Origin: Candidatus Eiseniibacteriota bacterium
GTDB lineage: Bacteria; Eisenbacteria; RBG-16-71-46; CAZAMP01
Length of the DNA stretch: 64,000 bases
Assembly: GCA_965224245.1 (NCBI GenBank)
Contig: OZ245046.1
Location: 4,992,001 to 5,056,000, forward strand
Direction: 5' to 3'
The first letter of the stretch is position 1; each line of letters starts with the position of its first letter. Made by a program: the position numbers and the translations under genes. Positions 37,767 to 47,506 of the stretch are shown here, piece after piece. The notes under the pieces are model-generated. The model saw nothing but the letters and a program-made list of their open reading frames with translations, ran no database searches and was not told where the DNA came from.

Positions 37767-39254
37767 ATGCCGGTTCGCAGGTCGCTCGTATCGCTCGCGC
37801 TCGTGCTGTGGACCGGATGCCTGTCGCGAGCGTCCGACCCGATCCCGGCGGTCGGCGGGCGCGGGCCGGCCGACCTGGCACCGGGGCGCGACTCCGTGGT
37901 GCGCCTGGAGGACGGGACGCTCGCCATGCTGCCGTTCGCCCATCTCGCGCTCGACGCACTCCGGGAGTGCAGCGGCCTGGTTCGGCAGGGCGACGCGTTC
38001 TTCGCCCACAACGACAGCGGGGATGCGCCGGTGCTCTATCGCTCGACAACCCTCGACTTCGCCGCCGCCCGGACGCTTGCCGTGCCCGGTGCGAAGGCGC
38101 GAGACTGGGAGGACATCTGCACGATCGGCGACGACCTCCTCGTGTTCGACATCGGGGACAATCGCCGCGAGCGGAACGATCTCGTCATCTATCGCGTCCG
38201 CTATCGCGAGGCGAGGGGCGGGGAGCCCGGTCGGCTGGATCGGGTGGCGACGTACCCGATCGCGTATCCGAACGGCCGCCACGATGCCGAGGCGGGGTTC
38301 GCGATCGACGGCGTCGTCCACATCGTGTCCAAGGCGCGCGACGAGCGCGAGACGTTCGTCTATCGGTTCGACGTGCTCGAGGACGCGTCGGATCTGGCCT
38401 CCGGCATGCGGAACGTGCCTCGGCTGGTCGGCACCCTGGACGTCGGAGAGGGCGAGACCGTGACCGCGGGTACGTTCGATCCCGGCTCGGGCGAGGTGCT
38501 GCTCCTGACGTACTCCGCGGTGCTGGCGTACCCCGCGCACGCTCTCGCCGGCGCGCCGGCGACCCGCACCCGGATCTGGGCCCGGCAGTGCGAGTCCCTG
38601 TGCGCGGACGACGGACGCATCGTCATCACGAACGAGGAGCGGGACGTCTTCGTCGTGGACGCACGATTGCTCCGATCGTCGGCCTCGCTCTCGCCACCGC
38701 GTGCCCGCCTGACGCTGTCCGCGGAGGAGGCGACGCCGATTCCACTCCACGGCGCCGCGCCCGGGGACGCGCTGGGGTGGCGCCGAGAGGGCGACGCTCT
38801 CCACCTGCGGTTCGCGTTCGCACTCGACGACAGCGTAGCCGCGACGTCCATCGATCCCGTGCGGCTCGGGGGCGCGATCCTCTTCGTGTTCGGCGACGAC
38901 GAGACGACGCGGATCGGCGCCGGGCACGCGCTCGTGGCCGTCGGTCGGCGTCCCGACGGGACGTTTCACGCCTGGCGCGGTGACGGCGCCGGCGGGCTGG
39001 GCGCGCTGTCCCCGTTCGACGCCGCGGTGGTGACGGCCGCCGTGAGCGAAGGGTCCGGGTCACCCGTACTCGCGGGAGAGATCGTGCTCCCGCTCGCCGC
39101 CGTGGTCGAGGATCCCGACTCGTTCCTGTTCGACGCGCGCACGATCGGGCTGCGCGACGACGACGGACCGTACGTCTCGGGCCTCGGCTCATACTCGATG
39201 TATCGACCCTACACGTGGGCCGTCGTGCGCACGACGTCTCCCGTGTCCGGCTGA
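37767..39254 (+). CDS. Uncharacterised beta-propeller lipoprotein with C-terminal beta-rich domain
   Basis: Lipobox WTGC; 'ECSGL..HNDSG', 'DWEDI', 'DIGDN', 'DAEA'. Confidence 0.75.
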   Translation: MPVRRSLVSLALVLWTGCLSRASDPIPAVGGRGPADLAPGRDSVVRLEDGTLAMLPFAHLALDALRECSGLVRQGDAFFAHNDSGDAPVLYRSTTLDFAAARTLAVPGAKARDWEDICTIGDDLLVFDIGDNRRERNDLVIYRVRYREARGGEPGRLDRVATYPIAYPNGRHDAEAGFAIDGVVHIVSKARDERETFVYRFDVLEDASDLASGMRNVPRLVGTLDVGEGETVTAGTFDPGSGEVLLLTYSAVLAYPAHALAGAPATRTRIWARQCESLCADDGRIVITNEERDVFVVDARLLRSSASLSPPRARLTLSAEEATPIPLHGAAPGDALGWRREGDALHLRFAFALDDSVAATSIDPVRLGGAILFVFGDDETTRIGAGHALVAVGRRPDGTFHAWRGDGAGGLGALSPFDAAVVTAAVSEGSGSPVLAGEIVLPLAAVVEDPDSFLFDARTIGLRDDDGPYVSGLGSYSMYRPYTWAVVRTTSPVSG

Positions 39255-39321
39255 GCCGGCGGACGACCGGACCCGCCGACCGCGCACGGCCGCGCATTCG
39301 CCGTCGGAAGGAGTGTTGGAG

Positions 39322-39879
39322 ATGTTTCGCACGTTCGCGTGGGTTCTCGTGCTGGCTCAGCTGCTTTCGCCCGCGGCGGCGTCCGCGGAGGACAGGATCG
39401 GATTCGTGGACTCGGGGACCGTTCTCCAGCGTCATCCCGACCGACCGGCGGCCGAGGAGAGCATGCGCGCGTTCCGCGCGGAGCTCGATGCGCGCATGGC
39501 GGAGATGCGCGCCGAGCACACGTCGCGGGTGAACGCCTTCCGCGCCGCCCAGGACGCCGGCCAGCCCGATCAGGCGCTGTTCGACTCGGTCAAGGCGTAC
39601 GAGGAGCAGATCGACGCGTTTCTCGACGAGTCGCAGAGCGAGATCGAGCGCCGGGAGTCCGACCTGATGCAGCCCATGGTCGACGACGCCAACCGGGTCA
39701 TCGCGAGGATCGCCGAGGCCGAGGGGTTCACGTGCGTGCTCGACACGTCCAGCGGCGCCGTGGTCTACATTGACACCGCGAACGACATCACGATTCGCGC
39801 AATCCAGTCGCTGAGGGCCGAGGCCGAGGCCGAGTCCGCGGCGAGCCCCGGGTCGGACGAGGATGGCTCGGGGAGATAG
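39322..39879 (+). CDS. skp: OmpH/Skp periplasmic chaperone
   Basis: Signal peptide; 'IGFVD', coiled coil, 'IA..EGFT.VLD', 'DIT'. Confidence 0.85.
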   Translation: MFRTFAWVLVLAQLLSPAAASAEDRIGFVDSGTVLQRHPDRPAAEESMRAFRAELDARMAEMRAEHTSRVNAFRAAQDAGQPDQALFDSVKAYEEQIDAFLDESQSEIERRESDLMQPMVDDANRVIARIAEAEGFTCVLDTSSGAVVYIDTANDITIRAIQSLRAEAEAESAASPGSDEDGSGR

Positions 39880-39941
39880 CTCAGCTCGACCCCGGTCCAC
39901 CTGTCGCTCGTGCGGCTCGCGGGTCGGCGTCCCGGCGAGTG

Positions 39942-39950
39942 TGCTAGGAT
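39942..39950 (+). promoter_or_regulatory. Extended -10 (TGcTAGGAT) for the DUF6754 cluster
   Basis: TGnTAnnnT overlapping the in-frame ATG at 39949. Confidence 0.45.
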
Positions 39951-39990
39951 GCCCGGCGTCGCCGTTTCGCTCCTCACGCTGGAGGACCGA

Positions 39991-40881
39991 CTGAACACAC
40001 CTCGCATCCGCGCGCGCGTGCTGGGCATCGCGCTCGCCGCCGGCCTGACCACCGCCGCGCCGCCCGCCCTGGCCCAGGGCGAGGGCGAAGATCCGGCATC
40101 CGCCGAGGCGGCGACCGGCTGGTTCACGCCCAGCACGCTTCCCGTCGCGGTCGGCGTCGTGGTGTTCGGTTGTCTGGTGGTGGGCTTCGTGGGTCTGGCG
40201 CAACGCGGACAGAAGTTCTACATCCGGCGCATCCCGGGGCTGGAGGCGGTCGAGGAGGCGGTCGGCCGCGCCACCGAGATGGGACGCCCCATCCTGTTCA
40301 GCCCCGGTCTCGAGGTGATGGACGAGGTGGCCACGGTCGCCGCGATGAACGTGCTCGGCGAGGTCGCTCGCCGCGTGGCCAACTACGGAACCCCCATCCT
40401 GGTTCCGAACCGCGATCCGATCGTCATGACGGTCGCGCAGGAGGTGGTCCGAAACGCCTACCTGGCCGAAGGCGTACCCGATCGCTACCGATCCGAGGAC
40501 ATCTACTACACGACCCAGAGCCAGTTCGGCTACGCGGCCGCGGTCTGCGGCACCATGATCCGCGAGCGTCCGGCGGCGAACTTCTTCTTCGGCCGGTTCT
40601 ACGCCGAGAGCCTCGTGCTGGCCGAGACCGGCAACATGACCGGCGCGATCCAGATCGCCGGAACCGACGCCGATGCCCAGCTCCCGTTCTTCATCTGTGC
40701 GTGCGACTACACGCTCATCGGTGAGGAGCTGTATGCGGGGTCGGTGTATCTGTCGCGCGAGCCGCTGCTCCTCGGCGCGCTGAAGGCCCAGGACGTGGGC
40801 AAGCTCATCGTCATGATCCTCCTGGTGGTCGGATGCGCGCTCGCGGTGATCGGCGTCGACCTGCCCGCGATCGCGCAGTGA
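39991..40881 (+). CDS. DUF6754-like membrane protein (start uncertain: CTG 39991 or ATG 39949)
   Basis: 'IRRIPGLEAVEEAVGRATEMGRP', 'AESLVLAETG', 'QLPFFI.ACDYTLIGEELYA', 'LKAQD'. Confidence 0.8.
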   Translation: MNTPRIRARVLGIALAAGLTTAAPPALAQGEGEDPASAEAATGWFTPSTLPVAVGVVVFGCLVVGFVGLAQRGQKFYIRRIPGLEAVEEAVGRATEMGRPILFSPGLEVMDEVATVAAMNVLGEVARRVANYGTPILVPNRDPIVMTVAQEVVRNAYLAEGVPDRYRSEDIYYTTQSQFGYAAAVCGTMIRERPAANFFFGRFYAESLVLAETGNMTGAIQIAGTDADAQLPFFICACDYTLIGEELYAGSVYLSREPLLLGALKAQDVGKLIVMILLVVGCALAVIGVDLPAIAQ

Positions 40882-40901
40882 GAGGGGTCGATCGTCGATG
40901 A
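40878..40901 (+). other. Bridging mini-ORF (VRGVDRR*)
   Basis: GTG 40878 overlaps TGA 40879-40881; its TGA 40899-40901 overlaps ATG 40898. Confidence 0.5.
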
Positions 40902-41542
40902 AGACCACGCTCCCCCTCGTATTCGGGTTCCTGGTCGGGGTCGTGATGCTGATCCAGTACTTCACGCCAAGCCAGACCATGCTGACCGCCTACAACGAGA
41001 TCCTCGACTGGAAGCAGATCGTCATCGGCATGACGTTCATCCTGGGCGTGTACTCGTTGATGCAGTACCACGGCCGGAAGATCTCCGCGCGCCGGGAAGG
41101 CTGGGGCTACTCGGTGGTGGCGGTGATCGGCTTCGCGGCGATGGTGCTGCTCGGGGTGCTCAACGTGTTCAGTGACACCAAGCGGCCGTTCACGTGGATG
41201 TTCGACAACGTGCAGGCGCCGATGCAGGCCACGATGTTCTCGCTCCTGGCGTTCTACGTGGCGTCGGCGTCGTACCGCGCGTTCCGGGCCCGATCCGGCC
41301 ACGCGACGATGCTGCTGGTGGCCGGTGTCGTGGTCATGCTCGGCCGCGTGCCGCTGGGTGAGTACTTTGCGATCCCGGGTACGAATGCGAGCATTCCATC
41401 GCTGGCGGACTTCGTCCTCGACGTTCCGAATCTCGCGGCCAAGCGCGGCATTCTGATCGGTGTGGGGCTGGGCATGGTGGCCACCGCGATGAAGATCCTC
41501 CTCGGCATCGAGCGGACGTACCTCGGAAAGGGCAGTCAATGA
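40898..41542 (+). CDS. Polytopic membrane protein of the DUF6754 cluster
   Basis: About 5-6 TM segments; 'ATMFSLLAFYVASASYRAFRAR', 'KRGILIGVGLG..KILLGIER'. Confidence 0.85.
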   Translation: MKTTLPLVFGFLVGVVMLIQYFTPSQTMLTAYNEILDWKQIVIGMTFILGVYSLMQYHGRKISARREGWGYSVVAVIGFAAMVLLGVLNVFSDTKRPFTWMFDNVQAPMQATMFSLLAFYVASASYRAFRARSGHATMLLVAGVVVMLGRVPLGEYFAIPGTNASIPSLADFVLDVPNLAAKRGILIGVGLGMVATAMKILLGIERTYLGKGSQ

Positions 41543-41592
41543 CGCACGTAGGGGTCCGATCCCGGCCGCGCCGCGGTGGAGATCGACGATGA
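41539..41592 (+). other. Bridging mini-ORF (MTHVGVRSRPRRGGDRR*)
   Basis: ATG 41539 overlaps TGA 41540-41542; its TGA 41590-41592 overlaps ATG 41589. Confidence 0.5.
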
Positions 41593-42476
41593 CGAGCATC
41601 GCGGGACACGACGACCAGCGTCACGACGGCTTCGCCGATCGACTCCTCCATCTCGATCGGCGGATCATCTTCCTGTGCGTCGCGCTCGCGGTGATCATCC
41701 CCATCATCCGGCCCATCGGGATGCCCATCAAGTCGTCCAAGGAGGCCGAGGACTTCATCGCCGCGCTGGAGGAGGTGAAGCCCGGTGAGGTCGTGATGTT
41801 CTCGTTCGACTACGAGGCGGACGTGCGTGCCGAGCTGGACCCGATGGCGATCACCACCTTCCGTTACTGCTTCGACCACGACATCAAGATCGTCGCGTTG
41901 ACGAACTACGCCGGTGGCCCGGGCATCGCCGAGGCCGTGTACCGTCCCGCAATGGAGGAGTTCGGCAAGACCTACGGCGAGGACTTCGTCTTTCTCGGCT
42001 ACAACACCGACTGGCAGGGCACGATGCTCCGGATGGGCGAGTCCATCCGCGCCACGTTTCCGGCCGACCACTACGGAGCCCGCACCGACGGGATGTCCAT
42101 CCTCGACGGTGTCGACTCGTACGCCGACATCCCGCTCCTCGTGTCGGTGGCCGGCAGCGCGCTCGCCGAGTACTGGGCGATCTTCGCCGGAGGCAAGTAC
42201 CAGCAGAAGGTGATCACCGGCAACACGGCCATCCAGGCCATCCTCGTCTACCCGTACTACAACGCGGGGCAGATCTCGGGCTTTCTCGGCGGCCTGAAGG
42301 GCGCCGCCGAGTTCGAGAAGCTGGCCGGGTACTCCGGTGACGCGACCCTGGGCATGGACGCGCAGAGCACGGCGCACGGCCTGATGGTCGTGTTCATCCT
42401 GCTCGGCAACGTCGCGTTCTTCCTTCAGCGACGACAGCGCGGCCGCGATGCGCACGCGGGAGGATCGGCCACATGA
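41589..42476 (+). CDS. Membrane-anchored alpha/beta protein of the DUF6754 cluster
   Basis: N- and C-terminal TMs; 'PYYNAGQISG.LGGLKGAAEFE', 'MDAQS.AH'. Confidence 0.85.
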   Translation: MTSIAGHDDQRHDGFADRLLHLDRRIIFLCVALAVIIPIIRPIGMPIKSSKEAEDFIAALEEVKPGEVVMFSFDYEADVRAELDPMAITTFRYCFDHDIKIVALTNYAGGPGIAEAVYRPAMEEFGKTYGEDFVFLGYNTDWQGTMLRMGESIRATFPADHYGARTDGMSILDGVDSYADIPLLVSVAGSALAEYWAIFAGGKYQQKVITGNTAIQAILVYPYYNAGQISGFLGGLKGAAEFEKLAGYSGDATLGMDAQSTAHGLMVVFILLGNVAFFLQRRQRGRDAHAGGSAT

Positions 42477-43096
42477 ACGTCGAGAGCATCGGCGTCCTCA
42501 TCGCCGCCTTCTTCACACTGGCGATCTTCAGCTTCCTGTACCGGGAGAATCCCGTCTACCGCTTCGCCGAGCATCTCCTGGTGGGGGTCTCGGCGGGCTA
42601 CTACCTCGTGCAGTTCTGCATCGCCGCCATCTACCGCAAGCTCTACGTGCCGATCGCCGACGACGGCCACTGGACGCTCGTCTTCGGCGGGATCCTCGGG
42701 TTCCTGATGCTGTTCCGCTTCTCACGCCGCACGGAGTGGATCTCGCGCTTCTCCCTCGCCTTCTACGTGTCGGCGGGCGCCGGCTACATCATCCCGAACA
42801 TCCTGAACGCGCAGGTGCTTGAGCAGGTGCAGGCCTCCTTCCTGTCACCGGCGGGAACGGTGTCGGCCTGGGCCACCGTGAAGGAGCTCCTGATCGTGGT
42901 GGGCGTGCTGTCGATTCTCGTCTACTTCTTCTTCTCGAAGCCGCACAAGGGCGCAACCTCCGCGGTGGCGAAGGTGGGCATCGCGTTCCTGATGGTAGGC
43001 TTCGGCGCCTCGTTCGGCTACACGGTCATGGGACGCGTGACGCTCCTCATCGGTCGCATCACGTTCCTGCTGCGAGACGTCCCCCAGGCCTTCTGA
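42473..43096 (+). CDS. Polytopic membrane protein of the DUF6754 cluster
   Basis: 'TLAIFSFLYRENP.YRFAEHL.VGVSAGY', 'FLMVGFGASFGYTVMGR'; ATGA overlap. Confidence 0.85.
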   Translation: MNVESIGVLIAAFFTLAIFSFLYRENPVYRFAEHLLVGVSAGYYLVQFCIAAIYRKLYVPIADDGHWTLVFGGILGFLMLFRFSRRTEWISRFSLAFYVSAGAGYIIPNILNAQVLEQVQASFLSPAGTVSAWATVKELLIVVGVLSILVYFFFSKPHKGATSAVAKVGIAFLMVGFGASFGYTVMGRVTLLIGRITFLLRDVPQAF

Positions 43097-43151
43097 GTCT
43101 CCGCCCGACGGCAACCGCCCGCCGACCGCCGATCGCGACGACCGGCGCCGA

Positions 43152-46100
43152 TCACGGGGACGCGACCGTGAGCTTCTCGCGGGCCACGATCCGCCTGGCG
43201 TCGCCCGAGACGAACTCGAGTCGCACGAAGTAGACGCCCGCGGGCGCGGCACGTCCCGACGGCGTGCTCAGATCCCACACGACCGCGTGCTCGCCCCGCT
43301 CGACCGGTCTCGTGCCGGACGACCAGACGCGACGCCCGTCGACCGCGAACACGTCGACCACGGCCGATCCGTCGCCGGGCACCCGATAGTGGAGCCGGGT
43401 GGACGCCGAGACGGGGTTGGGACGCGACAGGAGCCACACGCCGGGGGACGTCGGCCGGGAGGCTGCGTCGGCGCGGGCAACCAGCTCGAAGCGATGTTCG
43501 CCGGGGTCGACGTCGAGCGAGCGAAGCGTGCCGAGATCCCACTCGATGCCCGTTCCGTCCTCGCGCAGCGTGACCGCGTGGCGGCCCGCCCCACCGCCGT
43601 CGAGCGCGAAGGCCAGCGTCGTGGGCCTCGACGCCGTCAGCGTGACCGTCCACGCGACGACGTCCGACGAGAGACCGGCGACGCTCTGCCGGTACCGCCT
43701 CGGCAGCGTTAGGGCAGGCGGGGAGTCGGGTCGACCGATCCAGAGATCCATCTCCTCGCCGGGAGCCGGGGGCGCGGCGGCACGATCCAGGGGATCCCAG
43801 TCGTCGCGCGCCTTCGCGTCCCGACCCAGGACGATCGTCCGGGTGGCGGCGTGCTCGGGCTCCGCCGTCCGCTCCCGTGCGGAGACGAGGACGCGTAGGG
43901 CCCACACCGCGCCGGTCGGCTCGGGAGCGCGGCCGACGGATCTCGCCGCCCCGGTGCCCACGACCTCCCCGGCCGGGATCATCAGCGTGAGGGGCCGCGC
44001 GACCAGGTTCAGCACCCAGCAGCCCGACGAGGCGGGAAGGTCGTCCGACATGACGTACGCGTCGCCCACGCGCTGGTACACGTCCTGACCGACGAGCGTG
44101 CCGGCATCGCTGAACGCGACCGGATCGCTGGCGCCGTCCCGGATCATCATCGCGTCGGGATCCACGAGCACGTCGTAGGCGGCGGGATTACCCACCATCG
44201 TCCAGTTGGATGGGAGGAGCGGGACCTCGAAGAAGCCCGGCTCCGCGGGCCAGCTCGTCGAGCCGAGGACCGACCACGGGTGAGACGTGCGTGTGGCGAG
44301 CCAGAACCCGGCGCCGGGCTCCACGTCGAAGGGCGTGGAGCCGTCCAGACGCTCGTACGCCGTCGTGATCCGGCGATGAAGGAACCAGGTCGTATCGCTC
44401 GACGGGCCGCCGAACACGGCCTCCAGCGCCGCGATCACGTCGTCGTCCTCGATGCCGATCGCCGGCAGTCCGATCATGTGGTGGCGGAGATCGCGATTGG
44501 GCGGCATGCCGGCGCCGGTCGTCACCGATGCGCGCCGAGGCGCGGCCGGTGTCCCGACCTGGAGCTCGCCGCCGTCGTCGATCGTCAGCGTCGCGACGTA
44601 CTCGAATCCCCGGATCGACGCGGACGCATCAACCGTCCAGTCCGGGCCGTCGAGCGTCATCTCCAGCGGGTCGCCGTACCCGTCCTCGCCGCCGAGTCGC
44701 CGGACGATCGACGCGGCGATGACCGACGCGGTCCCCACGTCGGGGTTCGGCAGCCTCATGACGACCCCTCCCGGGCCGGAGGTCACGGTGGCGTCGGCCA
44801 CGTCGACGGTCCTGACGCGGACCGACTCGGAGTAGCCGAAGTAGTCGACCGTGATCGTGGCCTCGCCGGCGGACACCCCCTCGAGCCGACCGGGCTCCAC
44901 CGAGACGACGCCGGGATCGGACGAGGACCAGAGGGCCAGTGCCGTGACGTCGGCCGTCCCGCCTCCGTCGAGCAGCAGGATCGCGTCGACCTCGGCCGTC
45001 ATGCCGACGGCGAGGTAGAGATCCGACTCGCTCAGCTCGAAGCCCACCGCGTCCTCGGCGATCACGGTGACGGTCACGGTGACGCCCGGCGAGACGTTGC
45101 CGGCCGCGTCGATGGCGGAGATGCGATACGAGTAGTCCTGATCGGTGATCAGGTCGGCGTGGTTGATCGTCGACTCCGTCGTGGTGAAGAAGATGAGCTC
45201 CTCGCCGTCGGCGAAGGACGTGGGCGGGGCGGATCCCTCCCTCCAGCGCACGACCGAGCCGACGGCGTCGGCGGGCAGGCTCCAGGTGATCGCGACCCCG
45301 TTGCCGCCGCTACGCGCGGTGACGTCGAACGGATCGGCGGGCGGCACGTCGTCGTCCTGCCGGATGGCCACGTCCCAGGGCTGCTCTCCGTCGGTGGCGA
45401 AGACCGTGGTCTGGGCATCGTCACCGCACGTCTGCACGTTCACGCGCTGCATGTCTCGATCGGCGAAGAACAGTCGGTCGCCGACCGGATCGTATGCCAC
45501 CCCCTCGGTCTCGGCCTGGGTCAAGAAGCACGCGTCGGACGAGTGGGACGTCCAGTCGCCCGTGATGTCGATGCGATGAATCGTGCCCTGATTCGCCGCG
45601 TCACGTTCGGTCCAGTAGAGCGTGCCCGCGATCGGATCGATGTCGATTGCCTCCACCTCCTCGGGGACGATGAGCGTCTTCGTGGTGGGCACCGCGTCGT
45701 CCAGGGTCGCGAGATCGATCGACGTGATCTGCCCGCCATCGGCGTGAGCCGAGCACCAGAAGATCCGGTTGCGCCAGAGATCGAGGGCGACGTCGTTGGG
45801 CTGGGTCGCCGTGCTGTCGACGATCGCGATGGGTGAGTGTCCGGCGTCCTGACCGTCGATGTGGCCGTAGAAGACGCCTCGGAACATCGGGTCGCTCGGA
45901 TTGCCGGCGTCGCACTGCGTACCGCCGCCGCGCGCGGCCCAGTAGACGCGCTGGCGGAAGGGGTCGACCGCCACGCCCTTGGCGCCGCACCAGTCGTACA
46001 GCAGGCGCCGTTCCCCGGTGCTCGGGTCGACAGTCAGAACCTCGTCCTCGCCGCGCTGGGTGACGAAGATCTGCCTAGTCAGGGGCTCCCACGCGATGCG

Positions 46101-47486
46101 CTGTGCGCTGGACAGGTCCTGAGCCAGGACGTCCGTGTAGCCGCGTCCGATCCGGGTGGCGCCGAGGAAGTTGCTCTCCGCGTCGCTGGGCGCGAGTCCC
46201 GTCCAGTAGACCGTCGCCGTGCCGCCTCCCGGCTCGCCGCGGGTGATCGTGATCGTGGACCGATACGGGCGGGCGACGCTCAGGTTGCCATCCTCGTCCT
46301 CGAAGAACAGCGCATACGAGACGACGTCATCCGCGGTGGGATGGACGACCTCGGTGGCGTCGTCGACGAAGAGCACGGCCGGCGCTCCCTCGAAGGGATT
46401 TCCCGGAGGTATGAAGCCCGGTCTCCACCGGATCACGGTGGTCGCCACCAGGCTCGTGTCCGGCGGTGCCGCCCAGCGAAGCCGGACCCCCGACGGCGTC
46501 GCGGCGCCCGAGGCGGCGAACACCCGCGGAGGCGGGCGCCGATCCAGCCGCTCGACGACGATGTCGCCCGGGAGCGACCCGTCCGGAAGCGCGTGGTCGG
46601 GCGTCGTCAGGACCACCGGTCCGGTCGCGTCCAGATCGGCCACGAGGATGGCCGGTGCGCTCGGACTGCGATCGGTCCAGTACAGTCGACGCGCCTCGGA
46701 GTCGATGAACAGGCCCCGCGGCGACGTGTCGCCCACGTCGTAGCGCGCGAACAGGACGGGTCCGCCGCTCCCGTCGGCCGCATGCGAGTAGATGCCCCTC
46801 CCCGAGCTCTGGGTCGAGGTCCAGAAGACGCGGTCGGACTCGGGGTCGTAGTCGACGTCCCAGATGACGCCCGCACTGGAGACGATCTGGGTGGAGCCAT
46901 TGGGATCGGTCCGCCAGATCGCCTGGACCGGCAGCTCCTTCTGACCCCAGTACAGCGCGTTGGTGCGAAGGTCGGCGACCAGCCCCCTGGGTCCGAGGAG
47001 GTCACCGACCACGGTGATCTGCCCGGTCCCGTCCGTGGCCCGGCGGACGACCGAGCCGAGTATGGGCGGCGAGGCGTCGTCCCGCCCGGTCTCCAGCCAG
47101 AAGACGTCTCCCCGGAAGCGGTCGACCGCGATCGCTTCGGGGTTTGCCGACTCCAGGAGCGGCGTGCCGAACGGCTCGTGCACGAACACGTCGGTCCCGG
47201 TCACCGGCGTGCGGTAGAGCGCGTCGGGGTTCGCACTCATCCAGTAGAGCATGCCGGAGCGCCGATCGAAGGCGAGCCCGTCGTTCGCGTCGCTGGCGAT
47301 CGCGGCGATTCCGAGAGGTGTGGTCGAGTCGTCCTCGTTGATCCGGTAGATCTCGTCGACGGCCGGATTCGCATCCACCCAGTAGATGTGGCGGCCGGTC
47401 TCGGCCTGTCCGCGCCCGGCGATCCCGATCAGAAGCGCGAGGGCGGCGTGCGCGGCGATGACGCGCGGACGTGTCGAAGCGGTCAT
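43152..47486 (-). CDS. Large secreted protein: two YWTD (LDLR class B-like) propellers each followed by FN3, then Big_2-like Ig and FlgD-Ig tail
   Basis: LYWMS, VFWLE, LYWGQ, VFWTS, LYWTD, VYWAA, IFWCS, LYWTE; 'WSSSDPGVVSV'; tail 'PNP..GVYFVRL'; SD GGAGGAGG. Alternative GTG at 47510. Confidence 0.85.
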   Translation of the reverse strand: MTASTRPRVIAAHAALALLIGIAGRGQAETGRHIYWVDANPAVDEIYRINEDDSTTPLGIAAIASDANDGLAFDRRSGMLYWMSANPDALYRTPVTGTDVFVHEPFGTPLLESANPEAIAVDRFRGDVFWLETGRDDASPPILGSVVRRATDGTGQITVVGDLLGPRGLVADLRTNALYWGQKELPVQAIWRTDPNGSTQIVSSAGVIWDVDYDPESDRVFWTSTQSSGRGIYSHAADGSGGPVLFARYDVGDTSPRGLFIDSEARRLYWTDRSPSAPAILVADLDATGPVVLTTPDHALPDGSLPGDIVVERLDRRPPPRVFAASGAATPSGVRLRWAAPPDTSLVATTVIRWRPGFIPPGNPFEGAPAVLFVDDATEVVHPTADDVVSYALFFEDEDGNLSVARPYRSTITITRGEPGGGTATVYWTGLAPSDAESNFLGATRIGRGYTDVLAQDLSSAQRIAWEPLTRQIFVTQRGEDEVLTVDPSTGERRLLYDWCGAKGVAVDPFRQRVYWAARGGGTQCDAGNPSDPMFRGVFYGHIDGQDAGHSPIAIVDSTATQPNDVALDLWRNRIFWCSAHADGGQITSIDLATLDDAVPTTKTLIVPEEVEAIDIDPIAGTLYWTERDAANQGTIHRIDITGDWTSHSSDACFLTQAETEGVAYDPVGDRLFFADRDMQRVNVQTCGDDAQTTVFATDGEQPWDVAIRQDDDVPPADPFDVTARSGGNGVAITWSLPADAVGSVVRWREGSAPPTSFADGEELIFFTTTESTINHADLITDQDYSYRISAIDAAGNVSPGVTVTVTVIAEDAVGFELSESDLYLAVGMTAEVDAILLLDGGGTADVTALALWSSSDPGVVSVEPGRLEGVSAGEATITVDYFGYSESVRVRTVDVADATVTSGPGGVVMRLPNPDVGTASVIAASIVRRLGGEDGYGDPLEMTLDGPDWTVDASASIRGFEYVATLTIDDGGELQVGTPAAPRRASVTTGAGMPPNRDLRHHMIGLPAIGIEDDDVIAALEAVFGGPSSDTTWFLHRRITTAYERLDGSTPFDVEPGAGFWLATRTSHPWSVLGSTSWPAEPGFFEVPLLPSNWTMVGNPAAYDVLVDPDAMMIRDGASDPVAFSDAGTLVGQDVYQRVGDAYVMSDDLPASSGCWVLNLVARPLTLMIPAGEVVGTGAARSVGRAPEPTGAVWALRVLVSARERTAEPEHAATRTIVLGRDAKARDDWDPLDRAAAPPAPGEEMDLWIGRPDSPPALTLPRRYRQSVAGLSSDVVAWTVTLTASRPTTLAFALDGGGAGRHAVTLREDGTGIEWDLGTLRSLDVDPGEHRFELVARADAASRPTSPGVWLLSRPNPVSASTRLHYRVPGDGSAVVDVFAVDGRRVWSSGTRPVERGEHAVVWDLSTPSGRAAPAGVYFVRLEFVSGDARRIVAREKLTVASP

Positions 47487-47506
47487 GCGTGTCACCTCCT
47501 CCGGGA

